Assembly (NCBI GenBank): GCA_036675075.1
Contig: JAKFFM010000002.1
Span: 83,120 to 147,119 of the forward strand
Origin: Bacteroidota bacterium
GTDB lineage: Bacteria; Bacteroidota; Bacteroidia; JAKFFM01
Reading direction: 5' to 3'
DNA: 64,000 nucleotides
Below, piece by piece: positions 19,297 through 29,527 of the stretch. Made by a program: the position numbers and the translations under genes. Under the pieces are notes generated by a model. The model searched no databases. It worked only from the letters and a program-made list of their open reading frames with translations, and was not told the DNA's origin. How positions within the stretch are numbered: the stretch's first letter is position 1; each line of letters opens with the position of its first letter.

Positions 19297-19574
19297 GTTA
19301 CTGTACTGTTTTTAGTTGAAACGCTAAATTAAGGAATTCCGGCTGATGCTGGTATTTTTCCCTTTCTCTTTAATCTTTTTCCGGGAAATTTATTGTTTTT
19401 AAAGGGCCCGAAAATCGCAAATTGCTGTAAATCAACATTGTGCCATCTTGCATTGTATGCCAATAAAGTGGTATGGTAAGCCACAACCCGCTCTGGGCAA
19501 TATCGACGCCATATACCGGTTTTAGAATAGTTGTTTAACAGGTGCGGAAAGCCGCGTCATTAATAAGAAAGAGC

Positions 19575-22500
19575 ATGTTGATTAAAAAAGAGAGAATTAC
19601 CGTGTTGATGCTTTTCCTTGTATCACTGATGCAAGTCTTTTCAGCAAAGGCACAACCTATTTCAAACCATTATTTCGGGCAGAATGCCTGGATGCCGGAT
19701 TCTATCGGAAACGTTAAGAAATACGGGCAGCTGGATTCTAAATGGCCTGAAATCAAAGCTTCGGGGGCTCAGATCATTCGATTCGGTGGTATCAGTGCCG
19801 ATAAGAATATGCCCACGAATTACCAGTATGTTAAAATGATCGATAAGATCAGAGCACAGGGCATGGAGCCGGTGATGCAGGTACCTTTCAATAAAGGACA
19901 ATATTCAGCAGCACAGGCGGCAGCGATCGTGAAATATGTGAACGTAACGATGGGCCGTAATGTCAAATACTGGGTTATCGCGAACGAACCGGATCTTGCA
20001 TACCAATATACAAGTGCCGGCCAGGTATCGTGGTATCTGAAGTCATTTGCCACTGCCATGAAAGCGCAGGATCCAACCATTAAGACGATTGGTCCTGAGA
20101 CTGCATGGTACAATAGCAATATCATTCACGGGCTTACCACACCAGGTGGTCCTGATGATGTTACAGGTAAAGATGCCAATGGAAGGTATTATATCGATTA
20201 TATCTCCTTCCATATGTACTCATTCAGTGGTACCCAGACTCGTTCACAGGTGCTTACTGACCTTACCGCACAATATCGTTTCGACTGGAACCTTGGTGAA
20301 CTGAATAACAGGATCGCCGCGTGTAACACTGCACATGGACGTTCAGGAACGAACGCTGTGAAGGTAGCCGTAACGGAAGCCAATGTGGGATTCCTTAACC
20401 CTTCATCGGATAACCTTTATGGAACCGGTGCAAACAGTTTCGTTGGTGGACAGTTCTGGGCTGAGCTTCTTGCCATTGGTATGAAGCGAGGTGTCGATTT
20501 CATTAACTTCTGGTCAGTTGTTGAAGGTAATAACACCCAATACAATATCGGGTACGTTGATTATGTCACTGGTGCAAAGAAGCCTGTCTATTATCACTTT
20601 CAGATGATGGCGCAGAACTTCAACGGTACTTATATCAACGGTACAGATAACCAGGCGAATGTTAAAGCATTCGGTGCAAGGAACAATGCCGGACAAACCG
20701 TTGTCATGATCCTTAACCAGGATCAGTCGGTGAACTACAATTATTCAGTGAGGCTTGATGGAAGTGCTGCATCAGGAACCAATCCGCTTAAGATCAATGT
20801 GAACTCGGGTATTGCAAAAGAATACACCGGAGCCATCAACAATCAGGCAACACAGGTGCTGGTGTTTGACGGCGCAGGTAACATTGTGAAGAAGATCGAC
20901 TATAAGCTTGCGGGGAACGCTGATGCGAACCTTGCACCAACAGTTACTAACTATACAGCAACTTCAAATACACTTGCTGCTACAATCACGCCTGCAGGTG
21001 CAACTGCGATCTGTTCAGGGTCAAGTGTGATCCTCAAGGCCAACACAGGTACAGGTTACACTTACCAGTGGAAAAAAGATGGTGTGAACATCACAGGTGC
21101 AACATCTGCGAACTATACTGCAACAACTGCAGGAAGCTACCAGGTTAAGATCGTTGCAGGAACACAGACTGCATGGTCAGCACCATTGACGGTGACAACA
21201 GGTGTTGCTCCGGCAGCGACCATTACAGCAGGAGGTTCATTGACTTTCGCTTCAGGTGGAGGTGTGAATCTTCAGGCGAACACAGGAACAGGTTTTACCT
21301 ATGTGTGGATGAAAAACAATGTAGCCATCCCGGGAGCGACAGCTTCCTTGTACCGTGCAACAACTGCAGGTTCATATACTGTTGTTGTTAAGAACAGCAC
21401 AGGATGTTCCAAGACCTCTGCAGCTGTTACTGTGAATGTTTCAGGTGCCTTTGCAGCGACGATTACTCCTGCAGGTGCAACTGCGATCTGTTCGGGTTCG
21501 AGTGTCGTGCTTAAAGCAAACACAGGGACAGGATATATTTATCAATGGAAGAAGAATGGTGTGAACATTACCGGTGCAACTGCAGCAAACTATACTGCTA
21601 CAACTGCAGGAAGCTACCAGGTGAAGATCATCTCCGGATCACAAACTGCATGGTCAGCGCCGTTGTCAATTACAACTGGTGTTACACCAACAGCAACGAT
21701 CACAGCAGGTGGATCATTGACCTTTGCAGCAGGCGGAGGTGTGAACCTTCAGGCTAACACAGGTACAGGCTTAACATATGTCTGGATGAAAAACAATGTA
21801 GCTATACCAGGTGCAACATCGTCATTGTATCGTGCGACTGCAGCAGGTGTTTATACAGTTGTTGTTAAGAATTCAACAGGATGTACGAAAACATCAGCAG
21901 GAGTTACAGTGAATGTTTCCGGTGGATTTGCCGCTACGATTACACCTTCCGGATCAACTACGATCTGCCAGGGTTCAAGTGTATTGCTGCGTGCAAACAC
22001 AGGTTCAGGCTTTATCTATCAGTGGAAAAAGAATGGTGTGAACATCACGGGTGCAACTGCTGCTACATATTCTGCTACTACTGCTGGAAGCTACCAGGTT
22101 AAGATCATATCAGGTACACAGACTGCATGGTCAGCACCATTGTCTGTGACGATTGGCGCGATGCCGGTGGTTTCGATCAAGGCAAATGGAAGCACAACAC
22201 TTTCAGCTGGTGGTTATGTGACTCTATCTGCAACAGCAGGAACAGGGTTCGGATACCAGTGGAAAAAGAATGGTGTGAATATATCCGGAGCAAATTCAAT
22301 TAACTATAATGCAAATGCTTCTGGTACATATACCTGCTACATTACACGTAATGGTGCATGTGGAGTGAATACTAACGGTATTGCTGTTTCAGTAGGAACT
22401 ACGTTCGTTGCGTCGATTACAGCTTCAGGTCCAACTTCAGTTGCCTTAGGTGGTAACGTTTGGTTAAAGGCGAATACAGGAACAGGCATCACATACCAGT

Positions 22501-23462
22501 GGAAGAAGAATGGATATGCGATCGCAGGTGCAACTGGTTCAAGCTATAATGCTACGCAGACAGGTTCTTATACAGTGACTGAAAGCTATGGTCTTACCAC
22601 AACGACATCCAATGCGATCAGCGTGAATGTTGGTTCAACACTTACTGCGATGATCTCTGCCGGTGGTCCGACAACATTCGGATCAGGAGGCAAGGTTGTT
22701 CTTTATGCGAACACTGGTGCAACATATGTATACCAGTGGAAGAAGAACGGTGTAGCGATCACAGGAGCAACTGCACCTACATATACAGCAACTACTTCAG
22801 GTAGCTACCAGGTAAAGATCACAAGTGGATCATTGAATGCATGGTCAGCACCGCTCACGGTGACTGTTTCAGGATCACTTGCAAAAGTGGCGGATTCAAC
22901 AACTGTAACAGATGGTGGTGAGATGGCTGCAATGAGCGAAGGCAACATGCAGGCTACAGGTGGTGAATCTGTGGAAGGAACAACCTACCAGTTCGCTAAT
23001 CCAAGTGATACCAATGTGATTTCAAATGAAAACAGCCTTGGTTCATCAGGAAGAAAAGGAACTGATGTAGGAAGGGAAGGCGCACAGGTTCTTAACAAGA
23101 CCGGAGCGGGTGGAAGGAAATCATCTTCTGCTTCGAGGACTGCTGAAACGCAGATGGATACCACGGAGCTGAACAAGATGATCAACAATGAAACAGGTAC
23201 TCTTTCATTGAAGGCATTCCCTAATCCGACTGAAGGAGATCTTACCATCACGGTCACAACTGTAAACACAGTGCAGACACAGGTGAAGATGGAGCTATAT
23301 AATACGTTAGGACAGATTGTATGGACGAAATCACCAGTGATTGAGAACGGATTCATGAATGATGTGATCCAACTCGATGGATCGGTCGCTTCAGGAGATT
23401 ACTTCCTGCGCGTTCGTGAAGACGCCGGAACACAAGTCATGAAAGTTTGTGTGATCAGATAA
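19575..23462 (+). CDS. T9SS-secreted glycoside hydrolase (clan GH-A-like catalytic domain) with about eight Ig-like repeats and type-A CTD
   Basis: Track ORF begins at GTG 19542; ATG 19575 gives a cleaner signal peptide. Catalytic region with WVIANEPD and KVAVTEANVG (putative acid/base and nucleophile); repeats ATITPAGATAICSGSSV...YQWKKNGVNITGAT; C-terminal Por-secretion tail (FPNPTEGDLTI...GDYFLRV...VIR). Confidence 0.65.
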   Translation: MLIKKERITVLMLFLVSLMQVFSAKAQPISNHYFGQNAWMPDSIGNVKKYGQLDSKWPEIKASGAQIIRFGGISADKNMPTNYQYVKMIDKIRAQGMEPVMQVPFNKGQYSAAQAAAIVKYVNVTMGRNVKYWVIANEPDLAYQYTSAGQVSWYLKSFATAMKAQDPTIKTIGPETAWYNSNIIHGLTTPGGPDDVTGKDANGRYYIDYISFHMYSFSGTQTRSQVLTDLTAQYRFDWNLGELNNRIAACNTAHGRSGTNAVKVAVTEANVGFLNPSSDNLYGTGANSFVGGQFWAELLAIGMKRGVDFINFWSVVEGNNTQYNIGYVDYVTGAKKPVYYHFQMMAQNFNGTYINGTDNQANVKAFGARNNAGQTVVMILNQDQSVNYNYSVRLDGSAASGTNPLKINVNSGIAKEYTGAINNQATQVLVFDGAGNIVKKIDYKLAGNADANLAPTVTNYTATSNTLAATITPAGATAICSGSSVILKANTGTGYTYQWKKDGVNITGATSANYTATTAGSYQVKIVAGTQTAWSAPLTVTTGVAPAATITAGGSLTFASGGGVNLQANTGTGFTYVWMKNNVAIPGATASLYRATTAGSYTVVVKNSTGCSKTSAAVTVNVSGAFAATITPAGATAICSGSSVVLKANTGTGYIYQWKKNGVNITGATAANYTATTAGSYQVKIISGSQTAWSAPLSITTGVTPTATITAGGSLTFAAGGGVNLQANTGTGLTYVWMKNNVAIPGATSSLYRATAAGVYTVVVKNSTGCTKTSAGVTVNVSGGFAATITPSGSTTICQGSSVLLRANTGSGFIYQWKKNGVNITGATAATYSATTAGSYQVKIISGTQTAWSAPLSVTIGAMPVVSIKANGSTTLSAGGYVTLSATAGTGFGYQWKKNGVNISGANSINYNANASGTYTCYITRNGACGVNTNGIAVSVGTTFVASITASGPTSVALGGNVWLKANTGTGITYQWKKNGYAIAGATGSSYNATQTGSYTVTESYGLTTTTSNAISVNVGSTLTAMISAGGPTTFGSGGKVVLYANTGATYVYQWKKNGVAITGATAPTYTATTSGSYQVKITSGSLNAWSAPLTVTVSGSLAKVADSTTVTDGGEMAAMSEGNMQATGGESVEGTTYQFANPSDTNVISNENSLGSSGRKGTDVGREGAQVLNKTGAGGRKSSSASRTAETQMDTTELNKMINNETGTLSLKAFPNPTEGDLTITVTTVNTVQTQVKMELYNTLGQIVWTKSPVIENGFMNDVIQLDGSVASGDYFLRVREDAGTQVMKVCVIR
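20979..22880 (+). repeat. Intragenic tandem DNA repeats encoding Ig-like domains (alternating A/B units, ~477-bp A+B period, then diverged copies)
   Basis: A-type units begin at ~20979, ~21455 and ~21933 and share long identical stretches (e.g. cctgcaggtgcaactgcgatctgttc; actgcaggaagctaccaggt); B-type units ATITAGGSLTFA.GGGVNLQANTGTG alternate with them. Confidence 0.7.
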
Positions 23463-23484
23463 TTATTAACCCATAAATCACAAG

Positions 23485-25134
23485 ATGAAAAAGCTTTTTG
23501 TAATGTCATTGCTGACTTTGTCAGCAATGACAAAAGCGCAGCCAATTGCGTCAACATTCTTTGGGCAGAATGCCTGGATGCCGGATACGATCGGTTCCAC
23601 CTTGTACTATGGACAGCTGCATAATAAGTGGCCGCAGATTGCAGAGAGTGGAGCAAAGCTGATACGATTCGGAGGAATAGGACCTGATAAGCATATGCCA
23701 ACCAAACATCAGTATCTGAAGATGGTTGACAAGATCCGTTCAAATGGAATGGAGCCAATGCTGCAGGTGCCTTTCTATAATGGAATGTATAATGCACAGC
23801 AGGCTGCTGAAATTGTTAAGTATATCAATGTTACCATGGGAAGGAATGTGAAGTACTGGATCGTGGCCAATGAACCTGATAATGAGTATGGCTATAATAC
23901 AGCAGCACAGTGTGCAGCATACATCAGATCATATTCTTCAGCAATGAAAGACATTGATGGCTCGATCAAGATTATTGGACCTGAAACAGCATGGTATAAC
24001 ACAAACATCATTAATGGGTTGATCACTCCGGGCGGACCAAGTGATGTTACGGGAAAGGACAGCAAAGGCAGGTATATCCTGGATATATTGTCATTCCACA
24101 TGTATGCATTCAATGGAACACAGACCCGTGCACAGGTGATTTCAAACCTCACTGAACCATGGAAGTTCCAGGCGAACCTTACAGACCTTAACACACGGAT
24201 CGCGAGCTGTAACCAATATCACGGTCGAACAGGTGACAATGCAGTCAAAACAGCAGTCACTGAAGCCAATGTCGGATACATCAACAGTGCATCTGATAAC
24301 CTGTACGGTAGTGGAGCAAACAGCTTTCTTGGTGGACAGTTCTGGGTTGAAATGATGGGTGTTGCCTTACAGAAGGGTGTTGCCTTCTTCACTCCATGGA
24401 GTGTGGTCGAGGGAAACAACACGCAGTTCAACATCGGGTATATTGATTATACGAACGGAAAGAAAAAGCCAACATACTATCATTATAAAATGATGGCCGA
24501 GAACTTCAACGGGACCATGGTCTCTGCTTCTGATAACCAGGCTAACGTAAAAGTGTTTGCGAGTAAGAGTGGATCATCAGTAGCTCTTATGATCCTTAAC
24601 CAGGAATCATCAGGCACACATTCGTACAGCGTAAAGCTTGATAATGGTGTGAGCAACGGTTCAGAATCTTTGAAGATCAAAGTGGCAGGCGGTATAACCT
24701 CTACATACTCTGGTGATTTGCCAGCACAGTCAACACAGTTGCTTGTGTTCGACCTGAATGGAACATTAATGAAAAAGATCGATTACAAATTGTATGGTCA
24801 TGCTGACGCGAATCTTCCGCCGGCAGTAACAGAATCATCCATACCAACAGCGATCACGGAAGAGATGGTTAAAAAGAACCTGAGTGTTTTCCCGAATCCT
24901 TCGAAGGGTGATTTTACAATAGAGATCCAGGCCATAGACGGATTTGAAGATGATATACCTATGAAGCTGATCAATGAGATCGGACAGGTTGTTCTTGAGA
25001 AGAAGTTGTCACCGCGTAATGGAAAAATCCGTGAGCTGATCACTCCGCATGGAGATCTTGCATCAGGGATGTATTTCATTTCCCTTGACCTGGAAGGAAA
25101 GAGCATCATTAAGAAGCTGGTGATAAGAAACTGA
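23485..25134 (+). CDS. T9SS-secreted glycoside hydrolase, paralog of the upstream catalytic domain, with type-A CTD
   Basis: 549 aa; roughly 70 percent identical by eye to the N-terminal 440 aa of the upstream protein (FGQNAWMPD...IRFGGI...MGRNVKYW.VANEPD...VTEANVG); C-terminal FPNPSKGDFTIEI...GMYFISL...VIRN sorting domain. Confidence 0.65.
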   Translation: MKKLFVMSLLTLSAMTKAQPIASTFFGQNAWMPDTIGSTLYYGQLHNKWPQIAESGAKLIRFGGIGPDKHMPTKHQYLKMVDKIRSNGMEPMLQVPFYNGMYNAQQAAEIVKYINVTMGRNVKYWIVANEPDNEYGYNTAAQCAAYIRSYSSAMKDIDGSIKIIGPETAWYNTNIINGLITPGGPSDVTGKDSKGRYILDILSFHMYAFNGTQTRAQVISNLTEPWKFQANLTDLNTRIASCNQYHGRTGDNAVKTAVTEANVGYINSASDNLYGSGANSFLGGQFWVEMMGVALQKGVAFFTPWSVVEGNNTQFNIGYIDYTNGKKKPTYYHYKMMAENFNGTMVSASDNQANVKVFASKSGSSVALMILNQESSGTHSYSVKLDNGVSNGSESLKIKVAGGITSTYSGDLPAQSTQLLVFDLNGTLMKKIDYKLYGHADANLPPAVTESSIPTAITEEMVKKNLSVFPNPSKGDFTIEIQAIDGFEDDIPMKLINEIGQVVLEKKLSPRNGKIRELITPHGDLASGMYFISLDLEGKSIIKKLVIRN

Positions 25135-25230
25135 GAAGACACCTATACACTTTGAGAAATATTATTTAAGATCAGGAATAGCTAACTTGTTAAACAACAC
25201 CTTGTAACTAGCTGATTTTATTTAAGAAAG

Positions 25231-25255
25231 GCCCGCAACAGCGGGCTTTTTTTTT
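25231..25255 (+). terminator. Rho-independent terminator after the GH gene pair
   Basis: gcccgc-aaca-gcgggc hairpin (25231-25246) followed by nine T (25247-25255). Confidence 0.6.
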
Positions 25256-25298
25256 AGGCATAGATTTTTTAATGATCACCTGGAATAAATCGGTTGAT

Positions 25299-26924
25299 AT
25301 GAAAAAGTCTATACTAAGTTTAGTAACGTTGCTCACGTTTTTAGCTGGTGCAACATACGCCCAAAGTTATCAGTGGGCAAAAAGAATTGGTAGTTACGGT
25401 GTTGATTTCGGTCGCGCAATAGCTTCAGATCCTCAGGGAAATATCTATGTGACAGGTCAGTTCGAGTTCGATGCATACCTGGCAGGAAATAACACCATTA
25501 CATTCACTGCCATGGGAGGTCACGACATCTTCCTTGCGAAATACAGTCCTTCAGGTAATTTGCTCTGGGCACGCAAGGCAGGAGGAACAGGTGGGGATGC
25601 GGGAACCGCAATCTATGTAGATGCTGCCGGTAATTCCTACATCACTGGTGAGATGGAAGGTGCAAGCTACTTCGAATCAACAGTGCTTAACTGCCAGGGA
25701 AGCAATGATATTTTCATCGCTAAATACAACACGAACGGAGATCTTGTATTTGCTGCACAGGCCGGAGGATACTCTGGTGACAGAGGAAGAGCGATCGTTG
25801 CCGATGCTGATGGCAATGTTTATGTGACAGGTGAATTCAGGCAATCAGCCGGATTTGGAAGTCATTCCGTAACTACTGCAGGAGTTTATAAGGATTTCTT
25901 CCTGGCTAAATACAATCCTTCTGGTGGCTGGGAATGGGTGCGTCCGGGTGGCAGCAGCGTTGATGACCAGGGACAGGCTATCTGCCTCGATCCTACAGGC
26001 AATGTATATGTAGCAGGATATCATGGGCCCAATTCAACATTCGGAAATGCGGCTTTATCATCTGCAGGTGGATTTGATATGTTCATAGCGAAGTTTACAC
26101 CCAATGGTAACATGGACTGGATCCAGCGTGCAGGTGGAGAATGGGATGACTACATCGCAGGGCTTGCCTTTAATTCGGATGACAACGTAATTTATGTTAC
26201 CGGTGAATTCAGAGGCACATCAGACTTCGGTCCGATCACAAAGATTGAAACGGGATGGGGAGATGTATTTGTCGGAGCTTATTCAACAGCAGGAACTCCA
26301 TTATGGATCTCGACAGCTGGAGGCTCTGGTGCAACAGATTGTTCAAAAGCGATCGCCCTTGATGACAACAACAACATTTACATCACAGGGAATTACGGGA
26401 AATCTGCAACATTTCCTGCTCCAATGTCAGGTGACACATCCGAAGTTTTCATAGCAAGCTTTAATCCATCTGGAAGTCTGCGCTGGATCACTGATGCAAA
26501 AGGTTCCGGTAAAGAAGACATTGGCAGAGGCATCACGCTTGATCCGGGTGGTAATGTTTACGTCGTTGGAAATTATAATGAATACCAGGGCACACCGACA
26601 GAAAATCTGAATGTTGGTTCTGCAGTGCTGACAGGCTTTTCAAATGAAGATGCATTCATCCTGAAATATTCACCTGTATTGCCAAGCGGTATAAAAGAGC
26701 TGACTTCCGGCATTATGGAATTTTATCCGAACCCTGCAAGTGATCAGGTCTTCATAAGCCCTGGTGTGAGTGGTGAAATGATCATTCAGAATGAACTGGG
26801 ACAAGTGCTGACAAGAAAAAATGTAGTTGCGGGAGTGGCTGAAACAATTGATTTGAAAGGATTTGGATCAGGTATGTTTTTCTTAAGGTTGGAAAACGAG
26901 TCGAGAAAGCTGATAGTTTATTAG
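25299..26924 (+). CDS. SBBP-repeat beta-propeller protein with T9SS type-A CTD
   Basis: Start moved from 25272 to ATG 25299 (MKKSILSLVTLLTFLAGA signal peptide). Repeats of the form G.D.G.AI..D..GN.YVTGEF ... DIF.AKY...G.L.W typical of SBBP propellers; C-terminal EFYPNPASDQVFI...GMFFLRL sorting domain. Confidence 0.6.
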   Translation: MKKSILSLVTLLTFLAGATYAQSYQWAKRIGSYGVDFGRAIASDPQGNIYVTGQFEFDAYLAGNNTITFTAMGGHDIFLAKYSPSGNLLWARKAGGTGGDAGTAIYVDAAGNSYITGEMEGASYFESTVLNCQGSNDIFIAKYNTNGDLVFAAQAGGYSGDRGRAIVADADGNVYVTGEFRQSAGFGSHSVTTAGVYKDFFLAKYNPSGGWEWVRPGGSSVDDQGQAICLDPTGNVYVAGYHGPNSTFGNAALSSAGGFDMFIAKFTPNGNMDWIQRAGGEWDDYIAGLAFNSDDNVIYVTGEFRGTSDFGPITKIETGWGDVFVGAYSTAGTPLWISTAGGSGATDCSKAIALDDNNNIYITGNYGKSATFPAPMSGDTSEVFIASFNPSGSLRWITDAKGSGKEDIGRGITLDPGGNVYVVGNYNEYQGTPTENLNVGSAVLTGFSNEDAFILKYSPVLPSGIKELTSGIMEFYPNPASDQVFISPGVSGEMIIQNELGQVLTRKNVVAGVAETIDLKGFGSGMFFLRLENESRKLIVY

Positions 26925-26947
26925 ATACTTTTTTAAGGGAGGTATAG

Positions 26948-27868
26948 GTGAAGGTTGCAAGGTTAATAGTGATTCTGATCATGCTGTGTTCTGCTTCGCA
27001 GGCACAGCTTGTCATTAATGAAATTCCGCGTGGAATGTATTATGAACGGACTGCAAGGGTGCGGAAGTTCAAAGACATGAAGAACATGCGTGATGTGTTT
27101 CATTATGATGGACTGCTGATGGGCCGTAACAGGATCATGGGAAGTTTCTCAAACAACTTTGGAAGGATCTGGGTTCCTGAAGCAGGCGGATATAAAGCCC
27201 GTTTCAGATCACAGATGGGTTACTTCCTGCGCTTTCGCTTTTTTGAAGAATACAGTATCAACCTTACCTTATACCAGGACCTGAATAAAAAGGCTGCGCT
27301 GCCATGGAGTCCACATGTGAATTATTCCATCGGACGATACCAGTGGCGACCAAACAAATTCAACTACGGTTACGAAAATTATCAACCCAACCGGTTCGAT
27401 CATAACGCGACAGACTGGAAGACGAAGTTCCTGCAGGGATACTACTTTATATCTTACTCGCACCTGCTACCCGACAGCTTAAGGAAATACACCCAGATCG
27501 ACAGTACATCGATGCTGAAGTTCACATACTTCGTAAGATATTCGATCTTTTATGCGGGCAATCAAAATGAAAATCTGGGAGGCACCTGGATGAACTCCAA
27601 GCCTGTATTTGGATTCAATGTGCGATACATCATTGGAAGAAACTACTATGTTGAGTTCAACCCGCTTGTGCATCTGAATAAACGAACACAGATGCCATGG
27701 GATGGTGACTTTACCTACGGGGTTGGTTATTTCGATTATCGGTCATTCCGTGTCTCTGCTTCCTATGCGAATTACGGTCCCAACAGGTGGCCATGGAACA
27801 GGCAGGATGTATTGCCACATGGATTCTTTGAAGGCAATTTCCGTCTTGCATTTAACTGGGTATGGTAG
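26948..27868 (+). CDS. Hypothetical exported protein, aromatic-rich, possible outer-membrane beta-barrel
   Basis: 306 aa; signal peptide MKVARLIVILIMLCSASQAQ; rich in Y/W/F/N/R; C-terminal FNWVW (terminal aromatic as in many OM barrels); GTG start; stop overlaps next start. Confidence 0.4.
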   Translation: MKVARLIVILIMLCSASQAQLVINEIPRGMYYERTARVRKFKDMKNMRDVFHYDGLLMGRNRIMGSFSNNFGRIWVPEAGGYKARFRSQMGYFLRFRFFEEYSINLTLYQDLNKKAALPWSPHVNYSIGRYQWRPNKFNYGYENYQPNRFDHNATDWKTKFLQGYYFISYSHLLPDSLRKYTQIDSTSMLKFTYFVRYSIFYAGNQNENLGGTWMNSKPVFGFNVRYIIGRNYYVEFNPLVHLNKRTQMPWDGDFTYGVGYFDYRSFRVSASYANYGPNRWPWNRQDVLPHGFFEGNFRLAFNWVW

Positions 27869-29476
27869 ATGAAGGTGTTATTGATTATCCTACTTGCATT
27901 TTTTATAAGTGCCCCTACAGGGTGCTATTCACAGCTTAAATTTCTCATTGAAGATTTCGAAGGATGTTCACGTTCTCCTGAATCAATGAACAGGATCGGA
28001 GCTTTCACATTCGGGTCACTCAAACTAAAAATCAGTCAGTCGCAATCTTCTGGTAAAGGATACTCTGGCCGAACAGCGATTGAGCAGCTGCATGATGGAA
28101 CACACATTTACGGAGGATGGGGCCTTGGTGTTTTCAGGTTGATTCAGCTGAACCAGGAGAAGGATCGGTTTAACTTCTTCTTTCTTTCCAGAGAAGCAAC
28201 TGATGCATCCATGATCATTTATCTACAGGATGATGATAACTGGGATGGTGTCTTCACTGAACATTCCGACGATGTATGGAAGTATCATGCTACCATTAAA
28301 CCTGGTAAAGGCTGGCAGTATTTTTCTATTCCGCTGAGTGCTCTTTTTGATGATAATAAAGGGGGTGATGGTGCTTTCAATATCAACTATAAAGAAGGCA
28401 AGCTGCTGTCGGTCATGTTCAGAAATACAGGAAGATCAACTCCCAATGTGTTGTATGATTTTTTCTGTTTCAGCGAAGGACACCTGAGTGATCCTGCGAC
28501 TTTTTCAGAGGCCAGACTCAATGTTCAGAATGCGGGATGTGCAATTGGTGCCTGGTCTGAAGAAGGGCAGAGAAGCGGACTAGGTGATATTGTAAGAGGC
28601 TTTACAAAGGGCGCTACAGGGACAGGGAGTGTTTCTCTTGTACATTCATTTCATCCGTTTTCTGATGATGGAAGCACAAGGGCAAACAAGTTTCCTGACG
28701 CAAGGGAGTTACAACGTGTTGTGGATGGCGGACTTGTTCCAATGATCACTATAGAGAATCAGTTTCTAGGCCTTAAAGATAAAAAGCAGCCATCACTGAA
28801 GGATGTTGCTGAAGGTCGTTATGACCATTATTTTTCTGAATGTGGAAAGCGGTTCAGCCAGGTGAAAGGCAAAGTCATGGTGAGGCTGATGCATGAGTTC
28901 AATGGCAACTGGTACCCATGGTGTATTGCCAACAACAACAATTCACCTGAACTGTATAAAGCGGCATGGAGGCGGATCGTAACGAAGTTCAGGGAAGCTG
29001 GAGCACACAACGTGTTGTTTGTCTGGTGTCCTAACTCTGGCTCTCTTCCGCAGAAGCCATGGAACTACATCATAGATGCCTACCCGGGTGATGATGTCGT
29101 TGATATTGTTGGAACCGATGTTTACAATGGAGCAGAAAAAGGTAACATGATCTGGAGAAGTTTCAGGAAGGAAGCATCGGAAACATACTGGCTCCTGACA
29201 TCGCATTTTCCTGACAAGCCGTTCATGATCTGTGAAATGGCCTCACGTGAAAGACATAAGAGTGATGGCAAAGATGCACCTGGAAAAGAAGACTGGATCT
29301 ATGAAGCAAGTGAAGCACTGAAAACGGATTTCTCAAAGTGTTTCGTTTTTACATGGTTTAACAGTGGAAAGTATAAGATCAACACGAGTGATAATTCACG
29401 TAATGCATTTATAAATTATATGTGGTCAGATCCTTACTTCAAGGATAAGTCACTCAAGCTTGATAATCTCAGGTAA
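27869..29476 (+). CDS. Putative carbohydrate-binding domain fused to a GH26-like glycoside hydrolase
   Basis: 535 aa; signal peptide ending ...PTGC; N-terminal ~200-aa beta-sandwich-like domain (KGYSGRTAIE...YGGWGLGV...LQDDDNWDG); C-terminal VRLMHEFNGNWYPWCIA resembles the GH26 acid/base motif, FMICEMASRE a possible nucleophile region. Confidence 0.5.
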   Translation: MKVLLIILLAFFISAPTGCYSQLKFLIEDFEGCSRSPESMNRIGAFTFGSLKLKISQSQSSGKGYSGRTAIEQLHDGTHIYGGWGLGVFRLIQLNQEKDRFNFFFLSREATDASMIIYLQDDDNWDGVFTEHSDDVWKYHATIKPGKGWQYFSIPLSALFDDNKGGDGAFNINYKEGKLLSVMFRNTGRSTPNVLYDFFCFSEGHLSDPATFSEARLNVQNAGCAIGAWSEEGQRSGLGDIVRGFTKGATGTGSVSLVHSFHPFSDDGSTRANKFPDARELQRVVDGGLVPMITIENQFLGLKDKKQPSLKDVAEGRYDHYFSECGKRFSQVKGKVMVRLMHEFNGNWYPWCIANNNNSPELYKAAWRRIVTKFREAGAHNVLFVWCPNSGSLPQKPWNYIIDAYPGDDVVDIVGTDVYNGAEKGNMIWRSFRKEASETYWLLTSHFPDKPFMICEMASRERHKSDGKDAPGKEDWIYEASEALKTDFSKCFVFTWFNSGKYKINTSDNSRNAFINYMWSDPYFKDKSLKLDNLR

Positions 29477-29527
29477 GGAAAAATAAGTGGCATTGTTTTG
29501 TTTAAGTAATCACAAACATTTTCATTC

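Noticed and set aside
19297-19541. SAM riboswitch in the metK leader
   Set aside because: A GCGAUUUUCGGGCCC ... CCCGGAAAAAG segment about 90 nt upstream of the start was considered, but I could not match it confidently to SAM-I or SAM-II consensus by eye; a covariance-model search is needed before calling it.
20979-22880. Possible CRISPR array suggested by regular repeats
   Set aside because: Repeat units are ~240 bp, in frame within a long ORF and encode Ig-like domains; there are no short direct repeats with unique spacers and no cas genes.
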